From Chiloscyllium plagiosum (lineage: Eukaryota): DNA of 64,000 bases. The notes under the pieces were generated by a model, which saw only the letters and a program-made list of their open reading frames with translations, searched no databases and was not told where the DNA came from. This document shows positions 12,583 through 26,651 of the stretch, one piece after another. The stretch's first letter is position 1. Each line of letters begins with the position of its first letter. The position numbers and the translations under genes are program-made. The stretch is from NCBI RefSeq assembly GCF_004010195.1, contig NC_057719.1, positions 3,331,470 to 3,395,469 on the forward strand. The letters are read 5' to 3'.

Positions 12583-13674
12583 TGAGAATGAGCCACATAA
12601 GCCAGCTGTCAGCTGTTAACCAATCCTCAATCCATGTTGGAATATTGCCCTCGCAAACCTATTGAATTTGTTCACTGACATCCAGTGTCATGCATCAGCA
12701 CAGTCTTGTTAGGCTGAAGGGCCTGTTCCAGGGCTCTATTGTTCATTATTTTTATTGAAAGTTCTTTCTGACAATCCAAATACACAACATTTCAATTTAG
12801 ATATAGGTTTAGATTGAAGTTTTACTGTCATGTGTTCTCAAGTACAGAAGTATAGTCAAAAGTGTATAATATCAAACACACACAGGACCAGTATAGGTAA
12901 AAAGGTACCCAGGGACAAAACATCACTCGGTCTGAGGAATACATACTCAGGGAAGTCAAGAGCAGCAACTTCAAACTTACATTTTCAAACTTACTCCACA
13001 GGGATTGTAACAAAGTTACTAATGAAAGATGTATCCTCTGGAATGCTAGATGTAGTTGATGTATTCTGGAAATTCTAATGAGTAGAGAGCAATTGTGCGA
13101 TGGCCTGGATTAGAAACTAAGGGTGTGACAGGCGCTAGTACAATTGTTTAACACAGAAAGGGGCTCAGGCAGAAAGTAAATCATTGTTGTCTCCTGCTGA
13201 AACTCAATCTTTGCAAGTTGGAACTGCTCAGCTTCCTTGTTCTTCCGCCCGGTGCTCAAACTCTTTGAGCTGTTTTTTATTTTTTGCTTAAATCTGGCAG
13301 TGTCCCAGTCTCTGACAGAGAACTCGCTGCCTAATTCTGAAACATCTGTTCTTGAGATCAGGATGCTTGATGCCTTGTTATTTTCCTTGAGCACTCGATA
13401 GATAACATGATGCAACAAGGACCTGCTAAAGGAATGAGTGCACTGACCACAGGATGCAGCCATTCCAGAAACTGGAAACTTATTGAATTGTTCACTGTCA
13501 CTTTTGAATTTATGACTGACTTCCTTCCATTCAGAAGGTCATGTCTGGGAAGCATTGCAGAAAATGCATGCTAGGTAGTTCATCAGCTGTAATTAAAGTG
13601 ACGACGATCTGAACACTTTACAATCCATGGACAGGATCTGGGTGTTTCCTCACCATCTCTACTTCCATAGGCTG

Positions 13675-14480
13675 AGGTGCAGAGGGGCAACAGCGTCAGG
13701 TTCCTAGGTGTGACCATCACCAACAACCTGTTCTGGGCCACTCATGTAGACACAATGATCAAAAAGGCACAACATTGCCTCCTGTTCCTCAGGCAACTCA
13801 GGAAATTCCGCATATCCATACGGACCCTCACTAACATTTACAAATGTACCATCGAGAGCATACTGTCTGGGTGCATCACGGCCTGGTACAGCAACTGCTC
13901 TGCCCAGGGCCGTAAGGAACCATAGAAGGCTGTGTGCACAGCCCAGTCCATCCCGCAAGCCAACCTCCCATCCATGGATTCCATCTGCATTTCCTGTTGC
14001 CATGGAAATGCTGCCCATATCATCAGAGACTCCTCCTGCCCCGGTAATGCTCTCTTCCAACCTCTTCCATCAGGCAAGAGGTGCAGGAGATTGAACACAC
14101 GCTCTGACCGGTTCAAGAACAGCTTCTTCCCCGCTGTTATTAGACTGATGGAGAGATTTCCTGATGAAGAGCTTATGTCTGAAACATTGATTCTCCTGCT
14201 CCTCGGATGCTGCCTGACCTGCTGTGTTTTTCCAGCATCCCACTCTCGACTCTGATCTCCTGCATCTGCAGTCCTCACTTTCTCCTGATGAATCGACCTC
14301 TCTAATTTCAAATCTAATGTTGATCTTGGTTTTGTGCACCTCCTGTGCAACTGTAAATTTGTGAGCCTCACACTGTTTGCCCTTTGATCTGTATGTTCTT
14401 GTATGTTATGATCAGCCTGTACTGCTCAGCAAACAAAACTTTTCACTGTACTTAGGTACATGTGACAACAATAAATCGAA
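13675..14480 (+). mobile_element. Rex1/Babar-type 3' fragment with an inserted hammerhead-bearing short repeat (about 14152-14284)
   Basis: VRFLGVTITNNL, IESILSGCITAWY, LPSGKR..RFKNSFFPAVIRLM; tail like 10470-10520. Confidence 0.8.
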
Positions 14481-15084
14481 ACAAGATGTAAGATGTAGGA
14501 GCAGGAGAAGTCCATCTGGTCCAGTGAGCCTACTCCACCATTCAATAAGATCATGGCTGATCTTTCTTGTGGACTCAGCTCCAGATTGTGTGCGTTTTGA
14601 ACAAGATAGAATGTATCCACAAATACTATTTTGTTCATAAAGCGCACACTCTGTCGGCAGTCAGTCCATGTGACATTTTTTAAATTCCTACTTTGGGAAT
14701 AGGACCAGTCTGACTCCAGCTTGGGATACAGACCAACTCTAGCCTCACACCTTTAATGCATTGTCTGAACTGAGATGTCACCTTTGTTTTATAAAACCCT
14801 AAGTTATCTCAGGAGTGTGACTTGAAAGGAGTATAAATAAATCGAAACCTGTATCCCCATTCTAACTGATTAAAACTGGTGGGAGCATGTTCAATGGAGG
14901 CATGAACATTGAAAACCATATGGATAAAAATAGTGCGTAGGGACATGCGGCAAATGCAGGAGATTGCCGCTAGGGGATAGAACCAATGTAGACACTGTGG
15001 CCCGAATAGCCTCCTCCTGCAGTGTAGTCGTTGGTGATGTCTTGGTGTAGTCCATATATGAAGGAGGTATATGTCAGGTATAGA

Positions 15085-18000
15085 CAACTGGGATCAATTG
15101 AATCCCAAAAAGATTAGAAAGACATTACGAGCATAATTAATAGGGAATTCAGGAGGGCAACAAGGGGACATTAGATCGGCTTTGCAGATAAGGTTAAGGA
15201 AAATCCAAAGAGATTCCAAAAATACATCAAGGGAAAAAGAGTAATTAGGGGAGAATAGGACTTCTTAAAGATCAACATAGCTGTCTATGTGTGGAACCAC
15301 AGGAGATGGTTGAGATATGAAACATGGATTTCCTGTCAGTGTTTATTGCGGAGAACAGTATAGAAGTGAGAAAACTTGGGGAAATAGGTGGTGACATCTT
15401 GCAGATTGCTCATATTACAGAGGAGGAGCTGTTGGATGTCTTCAAATGCACTAAGATGGAAAAATCCTCAGGACCTGGTTCGGTGTATCCCGGATGTTTG
15501 TGAGAAGCTAGGGAAGTGATTGCTGGGCCTCTTGTAGGATATTTGTATCATCGATAGTCACAGGTGAGATGCTGGAGGAGAGGATGTGGCTAACATGATG
15601 CCACAATTTAGGAGCGGTTGTAAGGAAAAGCCAGGGAATGACAGACTGGGGTTGTTGGAGAGAATCCAGGGGCAGGATTTACATACATTTGGAAAGGCAA
15701 GGACTGATTAGCAAAAGTGAACATGACTTTGTGCATGGGAAATCATGGCTCACAAACTTGAGTCTTTTTGAAGAAGTGACAAAGAAGATTGATGAAGGCA
15801 AGGTGTCTATATGAACGTCAGTTAAGCATTCAACAGAGTTCTGCAAGGTAGACTGTTAAGAAGTCAATGGCATGTACTTTACCTTTAAGAGAGATTGAAT
15901 ACTGTTCTGAACTGAGAGCTTATATGCATCTGTGAGGTGACAAGATGGCAGTCCCAGAGTGTAATAGAAAATTGAAAATACAGAACATTTGGCTGTGAAA
16001 CAAATACCTGAATTTTGGTTGCTATGTTTTCACAACAGTTTAAATTTAACTAATTAATTTAAGTTATGCCCCAGGATACTAAAACCCTATCAAATTTGAA
16101 TTTACTGTTTTGACAACATTGAACCAATGAGGTGATCCGATGTTTAGGGTGTCAAGAAACCGGCATTTTGAGAGTTAAAAAGAGACAGAGTGAGTAAACT
16201 GCTATCTGGAGAGAGATTTTCATTCAAAACACTCTCTATCAAAGGTACCTTTTCATATGAGACGTCTTTGCAGCAAATGACTGGAGATGATCCAGGGAGA
16301 TCGAGAGCCAGAGAAAGGAGGACACTGGAGACAACAGCTGCTGTGTGGTTTTGAAATTAACTTGATGTAATATTAGCATGGGCTCTATTTAGAACAGTAT
16401 ATTGTTATAGAGTTGGAGATAGATAACAAAACTTGAAGCAAAAGGAGGCTTAGAGTTGTAAATATTTAACGTTCACTTTTAGAATTAAAGAATAAATTGA
16501 TATTTTTTTCTTTAAATCATGGAATTTAGGAGTTCTCTATCACTCATACTTTAACAGATTAAGAGGCGTAGTGAGCTTTTCTGGGACTTTGGTTTAATTA
16601 GCAGAAGTGTTCACCGCAGTGTTGTAACGAGACTGGTTAGCAAAGTTAAATCACATGGGATCCAGAGGGAGCTCGCCATTTAGATACAAAATTGGCTTGA
16701 CAGTAGGAGACAGAGGGTGGGAGGGGGGTTGCTTTTCAGACTGGAGGCCTGTGACCAGTGATGTGCCACAAGGATTGTGCTGGGTCCAATGCTTTTTGTC
16801 ATTTATATAAATAATGTATACATGAATATAGGAGGTTTGGTTAGTAAGTTTGCGGATGACACCAAAATTGAAGATCTATTGGATAGGGACAGCCAGCACG
16901 GATTTGTGAAGGGTAGGTCTTGCCTTACAAGTCTTATTGAATTCTTCGAGGAGGTGACCAAGCATGTGGATGAGGGAAGAGCAGTGGATGTAGTGTACAT
17001 GGATTTCAGTAAGGCATTTGATAAGGTTCCCCATGGTAGGCTTATGCGGAAAGTCAGGAGGCATGGGATAGAGGGAAATTTGGCCAATTGGATAGAAAAC
17101 TGGCTAACCGGTCGAAGGCAGAGAGTGGTGGTAGATGGTAAATACTCAGCCTGGAGCCCAGTTACAAGTGGAGTTCCGCAGGGACCAGTCCTGGGTCCTC
17201 TGCTGTTTGTAATGAGGTTGAGGAACAGAGGGATCTTGGGGTCTATGTACATAGATCTTTGGAGGTTGCCACTCAGGTGGATAGAGTTTGTAAGAAGGCC
17301 TATGGAGTATTATCGTTCATTAGCAGAGGGATTGAATTCAAGAGTCGTGAAGTGATGTTGCAGCTGTACAGGACTTTGGTTAGGCCACATTTGGAGTACT
17401 GTGTGCAGTTCTGGTTGCCTCACTTTAGGAAAGATGTGGAAGCTTTGGAGGGGGTGCAGAGAAGATTTACCAGGATGTTGCCTGGAATGGAGAGGAAGTC
17501 GTACGAGGCTAGGTTGAGAGTTCTCGGCCTTTTCTTGTTGGAACGGCGAAGGATGAGGGGTGAGTTGATAGAGGTTTATAAGATGATCAGAGGAATAGAT
17601 AGAGTAGACAGTCAGAAACTTTTTCTCCGGGTACAACAGAGTGTTACAAGGGGACATAAATTTAAGGTGAAGGGTGGAAGGTATAGGGGAGATGTCAGGG
17701 GTGGGTTCTTTACCCAGAGAGTGGTGGGGGCATGGAGTGCGCTGCCCGTGGGAGTGGTAGAGTCGGGATCATTGGCGACCTTTAAGCGGCATTTGGATAG
17801 GTACATGGATGGGTACTTAATCTAGGTTAGAAGTTCGGCACAACATCGTGGGCCGAAGGGCCTGTTCTGTGCTGTATTGTTCTATGTTCTATGTTCTATG
17901 TTCTAAGTTTATCTCAGAGTACAATGCTACCTTTGGCAGATGGAGAAAGTTAAAAATCACATAACGTCAGGTTATAATTTATTTGGAAGCACTAGCTTTT

Positions 18001-18860
18001 AGAACGATGCTCCTTCATCAGTAGCAGATGGATCAATGGGCCAAGGAGTGGCAGATGGAGTTTAATTTAGACAAATGTAAAGCGCTGTATTTTGGAAAGG
18101 CAAATCAGAGCAGGACTTATACACTTAATGGTAAGGTCCTGGGAGTGTTGCTGAACAAAGAGATCTTGGAGTGCAGGTTCATCCTCCTTGAAAGTGCAGT
18201 CGCAGTCGGACAGGATAGTGAAGAAGGTGTTTGGTATGCTTTAATTTGTTGGTCAGAGCATTGAGTACAGGAGTTGGGAGGTCATATTGCAGCTGGATAG
18301 GACATTGATTCGGCCACTTTTGGTATACTGTGTGCAATTCTAATCTTCCTACCGCAGGAAAGATGTGAAACTTGAAAGGGTTCACAAGAGATTTACAAGG
18401 ATGTTGTGGAACTGAAAGGCTTGAGGGAGAGACTGAATAGGCTGGGGCTTTTTCCCTGGAGCATCGAAGGCTGAGGGGTGATCTTAAAAACTTATAAAAG
18501 CATGAGGGGCATGGATAGGGTGAACATCCAAGGTATTTTTCTTCCCACAGTAGGGTAGTCCAAAATGATAGGGTATAGATGTTAAGATGAGGGGCAACAT
18601 TTTCACACAGAGGGTGGTGTGTGTATGGAATGAGCTGCCAGAGGAAGTGATGGAGGTGGTACAATTACAACATTTAAAAGGCATCTGGGTGGGTATATGA
18701 ATAGGAAGGGTTTAGAGAGATATGGGTCAAATGCTGGTAAATGTGACGAGATCAGTTTAGGATAACTGATCAGTATGGATACTGATCAGTTTAGGATATC
18801 TGATGAGTTGGAACAAAGGGTATATTCTGAGCTGTGTAACTCTATGACTCTATGGCCCTA
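15085..18860 (+). mobile_element. CR1 LINE carrying a solo LTR and a younger nested CR1 (about 16875-17905)
   Basis: SQHGFVKGRSCLT, YMDFSKAFDKVPH, GVPQGPVLGP, VRPHLEYCVQFW; (TTCTATG)n tail at 17880. Confidence 0.9.
15854..16629 (+). mobile_element. Solo LTR (same family as 21296-22018 and 35901-36683)
   Basis: TGTT...TAACG flanked by 4-bp TSD AGAC (15850-15853, 16630-16633) inside CR1 sequence GGTAGACTGGTTAG. Confidence 0.88.
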
Positions 18861-19761
18861 TGATTCTACATGGTGGAAGTGCTGCCCCTGTGCTGTTGCA
18901 GTCAGTTCCTGTGATCATGAAGGGGCTATGAGGCATTAGGGCAGCACAGTGGCTCAGTGGTTAGCACTGCTGCTTCATAGCACCAAGGACTTGGGTTACA
19001 CCATGTTCCTCCCCCAGCCCAAATATGTGCAGGTTAGGATAGATTGATCATGCTAAGTTGCCCCTAGGGTCCAGTGATATGCAGGTGAGGTGGGTTGGCC
19101 ATGGGACATGCAGGGTTACAGGGATGGTGTGGGTCTGGGTGGGTTGTTGTTTGGAGAGTCAGTGTCGACTTAATAGGCCGAATGGCCTGCTCCCACCCTG
19201 TAGGGAATCTATAATTCCAAGTCAGAATATTCTGTAATGGTTGGAATTGATGCTGTTCCTGTGCCCTCTGGCCATGTTTATTAGAGAGGTATTGTCCCAT
19301 TTCACATCTGCGCCGTCTCTAGCCTGAGGGCTGGATGATGCCGCTGACAGTCACTTCCTTTTTTCACTGAAGGGGAAGTGCTTTGTACAAACTCCGCACA
19401 AAACAGCAGCTCGTGAAGAGCCAGCAGTGAGAGTGTGTGGAGCTACAGGAGAGATTCCTGTTTCAGCAGCCTCTCTCCCCCCCCTCCCCCCAGGGAAGAC
19501 AGCCCTCCCTCTCAGTCTCCTCACCTCTGGCTGGCCTCAGCAGCTCTTTCACAGCCTCTGGAGGTCTCTCACTCGGTAAGTGTCTGCTCATCTCTCCCTG
19601 ATTGCTGTCCATTGTCCTGGCTTCCACTTCCATGGGACCCCTCAGCCAGATTCCCAATACCGGATGCAATGGCACAAGTTGCAGTGGAGACTCCCGCATT
19701 TCGGAAATTTGGGGAAGACTTACCTTTTCTCCTCCCTGGGTGGGAGAGCATGAGACCCCCT

Positions 19762-19794
<33 letters not shown>

Positions 19795-21300
19795 GAATAA
19801 CAAGCAGTGAAATGATCAGTCAGGGCAGGTTTCCAAAAGAGAGTGAGGATCTGGTTCTGATGGAATGAGGGTTTCTGGAGAAGAGTTGACCCCGTTTCTC
19901 CTGCTCCTGCCAGAATTGCTGAGTTGCTGCAGTTTGGATTTCCAACATCTGCAATGCTTTGTTGTTGTCAGGAATGTGTCTGAGAAAGTACTTCAGGAAA
20001 GGTTGCTTAATGACACAAAAATATGCCATAGAGTCACAGAGCAGGGAAGCATATCCTTCAGTCCAACTTGTCCATGCTGAGCAGACATGCTAAATTATTC
20101 GAGGGATATGGGCTAAATGCTGGAATATGGGACTGGATTAATTGAGGATATTTGGTCGGCATGCAGAAAATGGACTGAAAGGTCTGTTTCTGTGCTGTTT
20201 ATTTCGATGACTCTGTAAGTTGGTGAATGTGGTAGTTCAGCCCAGACAGGGTGAGAAAGACAGAGACTAACTGAAAAAGTTGGGACTAAGTACTGATTGA
20301 GTAACAGCCGCTGGGCCTGGACTGACATTGTCCACAATGAGCTGGGGACGTTCTGCAGATGTGAAGACTATTGGGGAAGGCCGGACCGAGGGAAATCCCA
20401 TTGGTTGGCTGTTGCTCTCAGTTCGGAATCAGGTTATTTCAGAGAAGGAGATTTTCTATAATCAGCAGGAGGTTTCCTTGCACATGTTTTGAACATTGTT
20501 TTTGAGTGATTTATATGCTTTGTGAATTCTTAAGCCAATTTGTAAGGTCTGACTTAGCTGTATCTGCCATAAACGTATAATTTATTCTTCCCCTTTGTCT
20601 AAGGTCCCTATGGATAATATAGCTGTGTGTCCCTGTGTGTTGTTGCAATGGAGCGATGCTCCATGGTCTGGTTACAATTCTCTATCTTTGTCAGAAAGGC
20701 TAACTGGTCTCTGTCTCTTTTCTCACAGGCAGTGCCCCAATGAATGTCCACACAGCTCCCAACCAGTCCCTGGTACCGGCTCCTAATCTCAGCGCAGTCA
20801 ACAGCTCCAATGGCTCACTCGCTTGCCCCGAAGGTAATTTCTGGGAGTGGCTGTACACCTTTCAGCCGATTTACATCATGGTGGTGTGTGTCACTGGCGT
20901 TGTGGGGAACAGTTTTGTCCTGATGGTCCTGTGTTTACAGAAAGGACGTTGCACGGTGCCAGAGCTCTACCTGGGGAATCTGGCTGGGGCTGACCTGCTC
21001 CTGTTGGCTGGCCTCCCCTTCTGGGCCATTAACATTGCCCTACACTACGAATGGCCCTTTGGAGATTTCCTGTGCCGTTACGTCAACTCGGTGATTTATA
21101 TGAACTTTTATAGCAGTGTCTACTTCCTGGTGATGGTCAGCATTGACCGTTACCTGGCTCTGGTGAAAGTCCTTCATTGCGGCAGAATGCGGACACTCTC
21201 ATGTGTCAAGATCAACTGCTTCATCATCTGGATGTTCAGCTTGCTGATGAGTAGTCCCATCATCATTTTCCGAAGAGTGATCTATGTGGAAGATTTGAAC
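18660..21300 (+). repeat. Segmental duplication of the receptor 5' region (partner about 41660-44906), in three homologous blocks
   Basis: 18660-19677 matches 41660-42643; 20101-20560 matches 43021-43480; 20687-21300 matches 44293-44906. Confidence 0.9.
19430..19581 (+). other. Duplicated probable non-coding exon 1 and donor of the truncated receptor copy; start approximate
   Basis: Near-identical to 42400-42547, GTAAGT at 19576-19581. Confidence 0.55.
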
Positions 21301-21303
21301 TGA
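20740..21303 (+). pseudogene. Truncated duplicate of the B2-like bradykinin receptor (TM1-TM4, 187 aa)
   Basis: About 13 nt differences in 561 nt versus 44346-44906; homology stops after ...GATTTGAAC and the TGA stop comes from the adjoining LTR. Confidence 0.9.
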
Positions 21304-24147
21304 GAAATTACAAGCCCCTGTGTATGTCATGAGATGGCAGTCCCAGAGTGTACTGGAATATTGAAAATATGTAACGTTTAGCTGTGAAATGGATATCTGT
21401 TGCCGTTTTGTCAGCAATTTGAATTTAACCAATCAGTTTAAATTATGCCCCAGGATACTAAATCCCAATCGAGTTTGAATGTATTATTTTGCCAACATTG
21501 AACTGATGAGATGATCCGGTGCTATGGGGTATAAAATGCAGAACTTTTTAAAATTGGTTAGAGAACAACTGCCATTGACACAGAAACATAAGGGGAGCTA
21601 ACATCGAGCTCGCCAAGACATTAGGAACCACTCTGTATCAAAGGTACGTTTTCCCATGAAACATACTCGCAGTAAAAGGTAAGAAGATGACCCAGGGAGA
21701 TCTTCAGTGGAAGACTGAGGTACAGGAGAAGGCAGCAGCTGTGTGGTTTTGAAATTAAGTGGATGTATCTTTAATAAATGTCTTATTGGAACAGCATATT
21801 GTTATAGAGTTGGAGGCGTATAATAAAGTTAAGGGGAGTGTGTTTGAGTTGTGAATAGTTGCTTAGTGTTCACTTTTGGAGATAAAAAATAAATTGATGT
21901 TATTTTCTGAAAAAACATGAAATTAGCTCGTTCTCTGTCCCTCCTAGTTTTAATAGCTTACAAGCTTTCCTGGGAGTTTGGTTTAATTAACAGAGGAATT
22001 CGCATCTGTGTCATAACAGTTTGGGGTCTTGGGTCCGAGATTTGGACAGCTTTAGACAAATCCAGTCGGGGATTTGGACAGTTTGAACTGACTTGGGGTA
22101 CAGAAGACCCCAGCAGATTTAAAAACTTGCTGATTTGTGGCCTAGATCGCGAAATAAAACATAGGTGAGACAATTTGTAAAGTTTTGGTTACTTGTGAGT
22201 GGTTAATTCAAAGTGAGGGAAATGGCTCTTAACATTGCCAAGAGCTTCTGGGGTTTGAAGGTGCTTCCCAAATTTGCCAAGAAATTTAAAAAGACAGAAG
22301 AAGGGCATACTTTTAGAATTAGCAAATAGATTAGAATTGGGTTTAAGCTCGGATTCAAGGAAAGCTGAAATTGTCATGGAATTGGTCAAGCACTGTAACA
22401 GACAAGTGCAGTAGGGTTAAAAAAAACTTAAATTGCAATTGCAGCAAATGGAGTTAGAAAATTGAGAAAGGAAAAGAAGAGCCATGTTAGAGGAAAACAT
22501 GTATGTGTGTGTGTGTGTGAGAGAGAGAGAGAAGAAAGAAAAAGAGAGAAGGAAAGAGAGAAAGAGAGAAGGGAGAAAAAGAGAGAGGAAGAGAGAAGGG
22601 AGAAAAAGAGAATGAAGAAAGAGAAAGGACAATGAAAGGGAAGGAAGGTTCTTAGCTGAGCAAAGAAAGAGAAAAGGAAGTGAAAGAGAAGGGGAGGGAA
22701 AATTTGAACTTCAGAAGTTGAACTTAACAGGATAGAGATGAAGGGAGAAGATAGTGACGTATGTAAAGATGTTAAAGCATTGCCACATTGTGATGAGAAA
22801 GACGTCAAAGCTTTCTTTATTTCATTTGAAAAATTGGCGAGGCAGCTGGATGGGCTGGAGAACATGTGGGTAATGCTAGTTCAGACTGAGCTGGTAGGCA
22901 GATCTCGAGTTATTTGTACTGCTGCCAGATGAGGGGTGGAGAGATTATGCACATGTCAAACAGGCTATTTTGAGTGCTTATGAATTGGTACCAGAAGCAA
23001 ACAGGCAACAGTTCAGAAACATAAAGAAAGAACCAGGTCAGACTTAGGTTGAGTTTGAAAGAATTACACATCGTCATTTTGATAGATGGTTGTGGACCTA
23101 AAAAATAAATAGGACACACAAGGCTTTAAGAGAGATTATTCTGCTGGTGGAGTTTAAAAAGCTCACTGCCAGAGATGCTAAGAATTCATGTGGATGAACA
23201 GAAAGTTCAAGAACTGAGAAGAGCAGCAGAGATGGCAGATGAATATGCACTGGTGCATAAGGCAAAGTTTAGCTTCAGGCAAGAATTTCATCTTGTGAGG
23301 GATAGACATTCGGAGAAAGGGGGATCCTACATTACAAAACAAAGAGTAGAGCACCCTAGGAATAATTTACCACAGGTTAAAGAAGAAGCCCAAGGGCTAA
23401 AAAGGAAGTGAAAGGCCTCAGGTATTTTCACTGTAATGGAGTGGGACACAGAAAATTATAGTACCCGTGCTTTCAGAAGGGCACTGGGAAAGTTGTTTTC
23501 ACTGCCAGAAGGTGGGACACATAAAGACACAGTGCTAGTCATTAAAGAACGGCACTGTGGGGAAAGATGTGGTAAAAGAAGCTAAGCCAGTGGCATTAGT
23601 GAAGGTAGTAAAGGAGACCCCAAGAAGAGCTGAGCAGCTGCAGGAGAGTGCACATGTAGTAACAAGATCCCACTGTCATAAGACACAGCAAGAAGCAAAA
23701 ACTAAAGAGGAAGATGAAAGAGTTAGCTGACAACTGGTGCAGAACAATTCTGAACAGTTAAAGGGTCAGGCAGAAGTGTTTATCCCTGAAAAACACTTAC
23801 AACAGAAAGACGAGACAATAAAAGATATATTTATGTTAATGCATACTCAGAAAAGGAATCAGGATGCATTTTTGAGGGTTATTGTCTGAAAGATATAATC
23901 CTAAAACAAAAATGGAGACCACGGCAAGTTAGTGCAGAGGAGAAATGGGCCGAAGTGCACCAGATTGTGTTGCTGATAGCATACAGACAGAAAGTGTTAC
24001 AGGTAGCACATGAAATACCTGTAGGAGATCACCTAGGTGTGAGGAAGACTCAGGCTAAGGTACAAAAGCATTTCCATTGGCCTCGAATGCACAAGGATGT
24101 GGTTACATTTTGCCATAACTGTCAGACATGCCAAATGGTAGGTAAAC

Positions 24148-26650
24148 TTCTGAAGATACACAAAGTGAACACACCAGGATGTCCCATCATACCAGGAAAT
24201 GGGACCCTGTGTGAGAGCCTCTTGAAACCCATTGTACAGGGGACCGTCAGCTTCTGTTGCCACACTACAGATTTCTTACAGAAACTCAGCATCCATAGAC
24301 CAGTCCAACCGGGAACATTCCTCGTCACAATGGACAGTTCAGCACTCTACACCAATATCCCCCATAATTATGGCATCATGGCAACAGCTATAGTATCAAT
24401 CCCGACAACTGCCAATCTCCGAGCACCATCCTACAACTCATCCGCTTTATCCTCGATCACAACATAGAGTCATAGAGTCATAGAGCTGTACAGCATGGAA
24501 ACAGACCCTTCAGTCCAACCTGTCCATGCCGACCAAATATCCCAACCCAATCTAGTCCCACCTGCCAGCACCTGGCCCATATCCCTCCAAACCCTTCCTT
24601 TTCATATGCCCATCCAGCTGCCTCTTAAATGCTGCAATTGTACCAGCCTCCACCACATCCTCTGGCAGCTCATTCCATACATGTACCACCCTCTGTGTGA
24701 AAAAGATGCCCCTTAGGTCTCTTTTATATCTTTCCCCTCTCACCCTAAACCTATGCCCCTCTAGTTCTGGACTCCCCGACCCCAGGGAAAAGACTTTGCT
24801 GATTTATCCTATCCATGCCCCCTCATAATTTTGTAAATGTTCATGTTTGACAACCAGTTCTTCATCCAGACACATGGAACAGCCATGGGGACCAAATTTG
24901 CACCCCAATATGCCAACATGTTCACCCACAGGTTTGAACAAGACTTCTTTTCTATGCAGGATCTCCAACCAACATTATACACCAGGTACATTGACAACAT
25001 TTTCTTCCTCTGGACCCATGGCGAGGCGTCACTGATAAAACTACACAGTGACATCAACAAGTTTCATCCCACCATCAAACTCACCATGGACTACTCTCTA
25101 CTTTCTGTCTCATTCTTGGACACATGCATCTCCATCAAGGATGGACACCTCAGCACCACACTCTACCACGAACCCACGGATGACCTCGTGATGCTACACT
25201 TCTCCAGCTTCCACCCATAACATTAAAACAGCCATACCCTATGGACAAGCCCTACGCATACACAAGGTCTGTTCAGATGAGAAGGAATGTGATGGACACT
25301 TGGAAGTACTCAAGGATGCCCCCATTAGATTGGGGTAGAATGCTCAACTCATCGGCCGCCAGTTCCGACATGCCACAGTTAGAAACCTTAATGTCCTCCT
25401 CAGGAGACAGACATGAGCTGCACCGACAGGGTACCCTTCATTGTCCAGTACTTCCCAGGAGCCGAAAAACTGCGCCATGTTCTTTGCGGCCTGCAGCACA
25501 TTATCAATGAGGATGAGCACCTCACCAAGACCTTCACATCTCGCCAAACCTCAAACAGATTATTGTTTGCAGCAAACTGCCCGGCTTTCAGGACAACTCC
25601 ATACAACCCTGTCACGGGAGGCACTGCAAGAGATATCAGAGGGTCGACATGGATACCACCATGTAGCGTGGGGACACCTCCCACCATGTACATGGCAGGT
25701 ACTGATGTGACTCAGCCAGTGTAGTCTATTTCATACGCTGCAGCCAAGAATGCCCTGAGCCATGGTAGATTGGTGAGACCGAACATGGGCTACGGCAACA
25801 GATGAATGGGCACCGCACAACAATCAACAGACAGGAGTGTTCCCTCCCGGTTGGGGAACACTTCAGCGGTCCAGGACATTCAACCTCAGACCTTCGGGTG
25901 ACCATCCTCCAAGGTGGACTTCGGGACAGGCAGCAGTGCAAAGTGGTCAAGCAGAGGCTGATAGCTAAGTTCCATACCCATAGGGAGGGCCTCAACCGGG
26001 ACCTTGGGTTCATGTCACGCTTCAGGCAACCCATTGCATTATACACACAGACAGACAGACGCGCACACACACAGACACACTTGTACAGACACAGACAAAC
26101 AGACACTCCTACACAAACACATGCACACACACTCCTGCACACACACACACACTCACACACACACACACACACACACACATATGCATTTGTGGGGTGAATC
26201 TGTACTTGCAGAATTACATTTAACTTTGCTCAAAAATTGCATGAATCCATGTGAGATTTTGTAAATCCATTTTTTAGATTAGAATCAGTCTGACTACTAT
26301 GGCACAGACAGTCTCACACAGAACAGCTTACAACTTAAATGCATTATCTGGGCTGACATGACACTAATTGTTAAAGTTCACTTGAGAATGTGAACTTAAA
26401 AAAAGTTCTGGGATTTACAAATGAAAGAACTGAAACCAACATGGTCATTCTAAAAGATGAGAGACTTAACAACAATCCAGGTCTTTTTCAATATATAATT
26501 TCAGTTACATCACACTGTAAACTTTTGCTATACATCCTGTGTCTTACAATCTCATATTCCACAAGCGGCTGATGAAGGAGCTTCACTCCGAAAGCTAGTG
26601 CTTCCAAATAAACCTGTTGGACTGTAACCTGGTGTTGTGTGATTTTTACC
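24148..26650 (+). mobile_element. Penelope-like retroelement (RT + GIY-YIG endonuclease + pseudo-LTR), degenerate
   Basis: LxKIHK, LVTMDxxALYTNIPH, GTAMGTKFAPQYAN, RYIDNIFFLW, VVYFIRC..IGET..RMNGHR; hammerhead at 26569; CR1 3' piece inserted in reverse at 24464-24836. Confidence 0.88.
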
Positions 26651-26651
26651 T

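Noticed and set aside
13110..13555. Minus-strand ORFs in apparently unique DNA
   Set aside because: No recognisable domain or convincing splice structure; cannot support an exon without a search.
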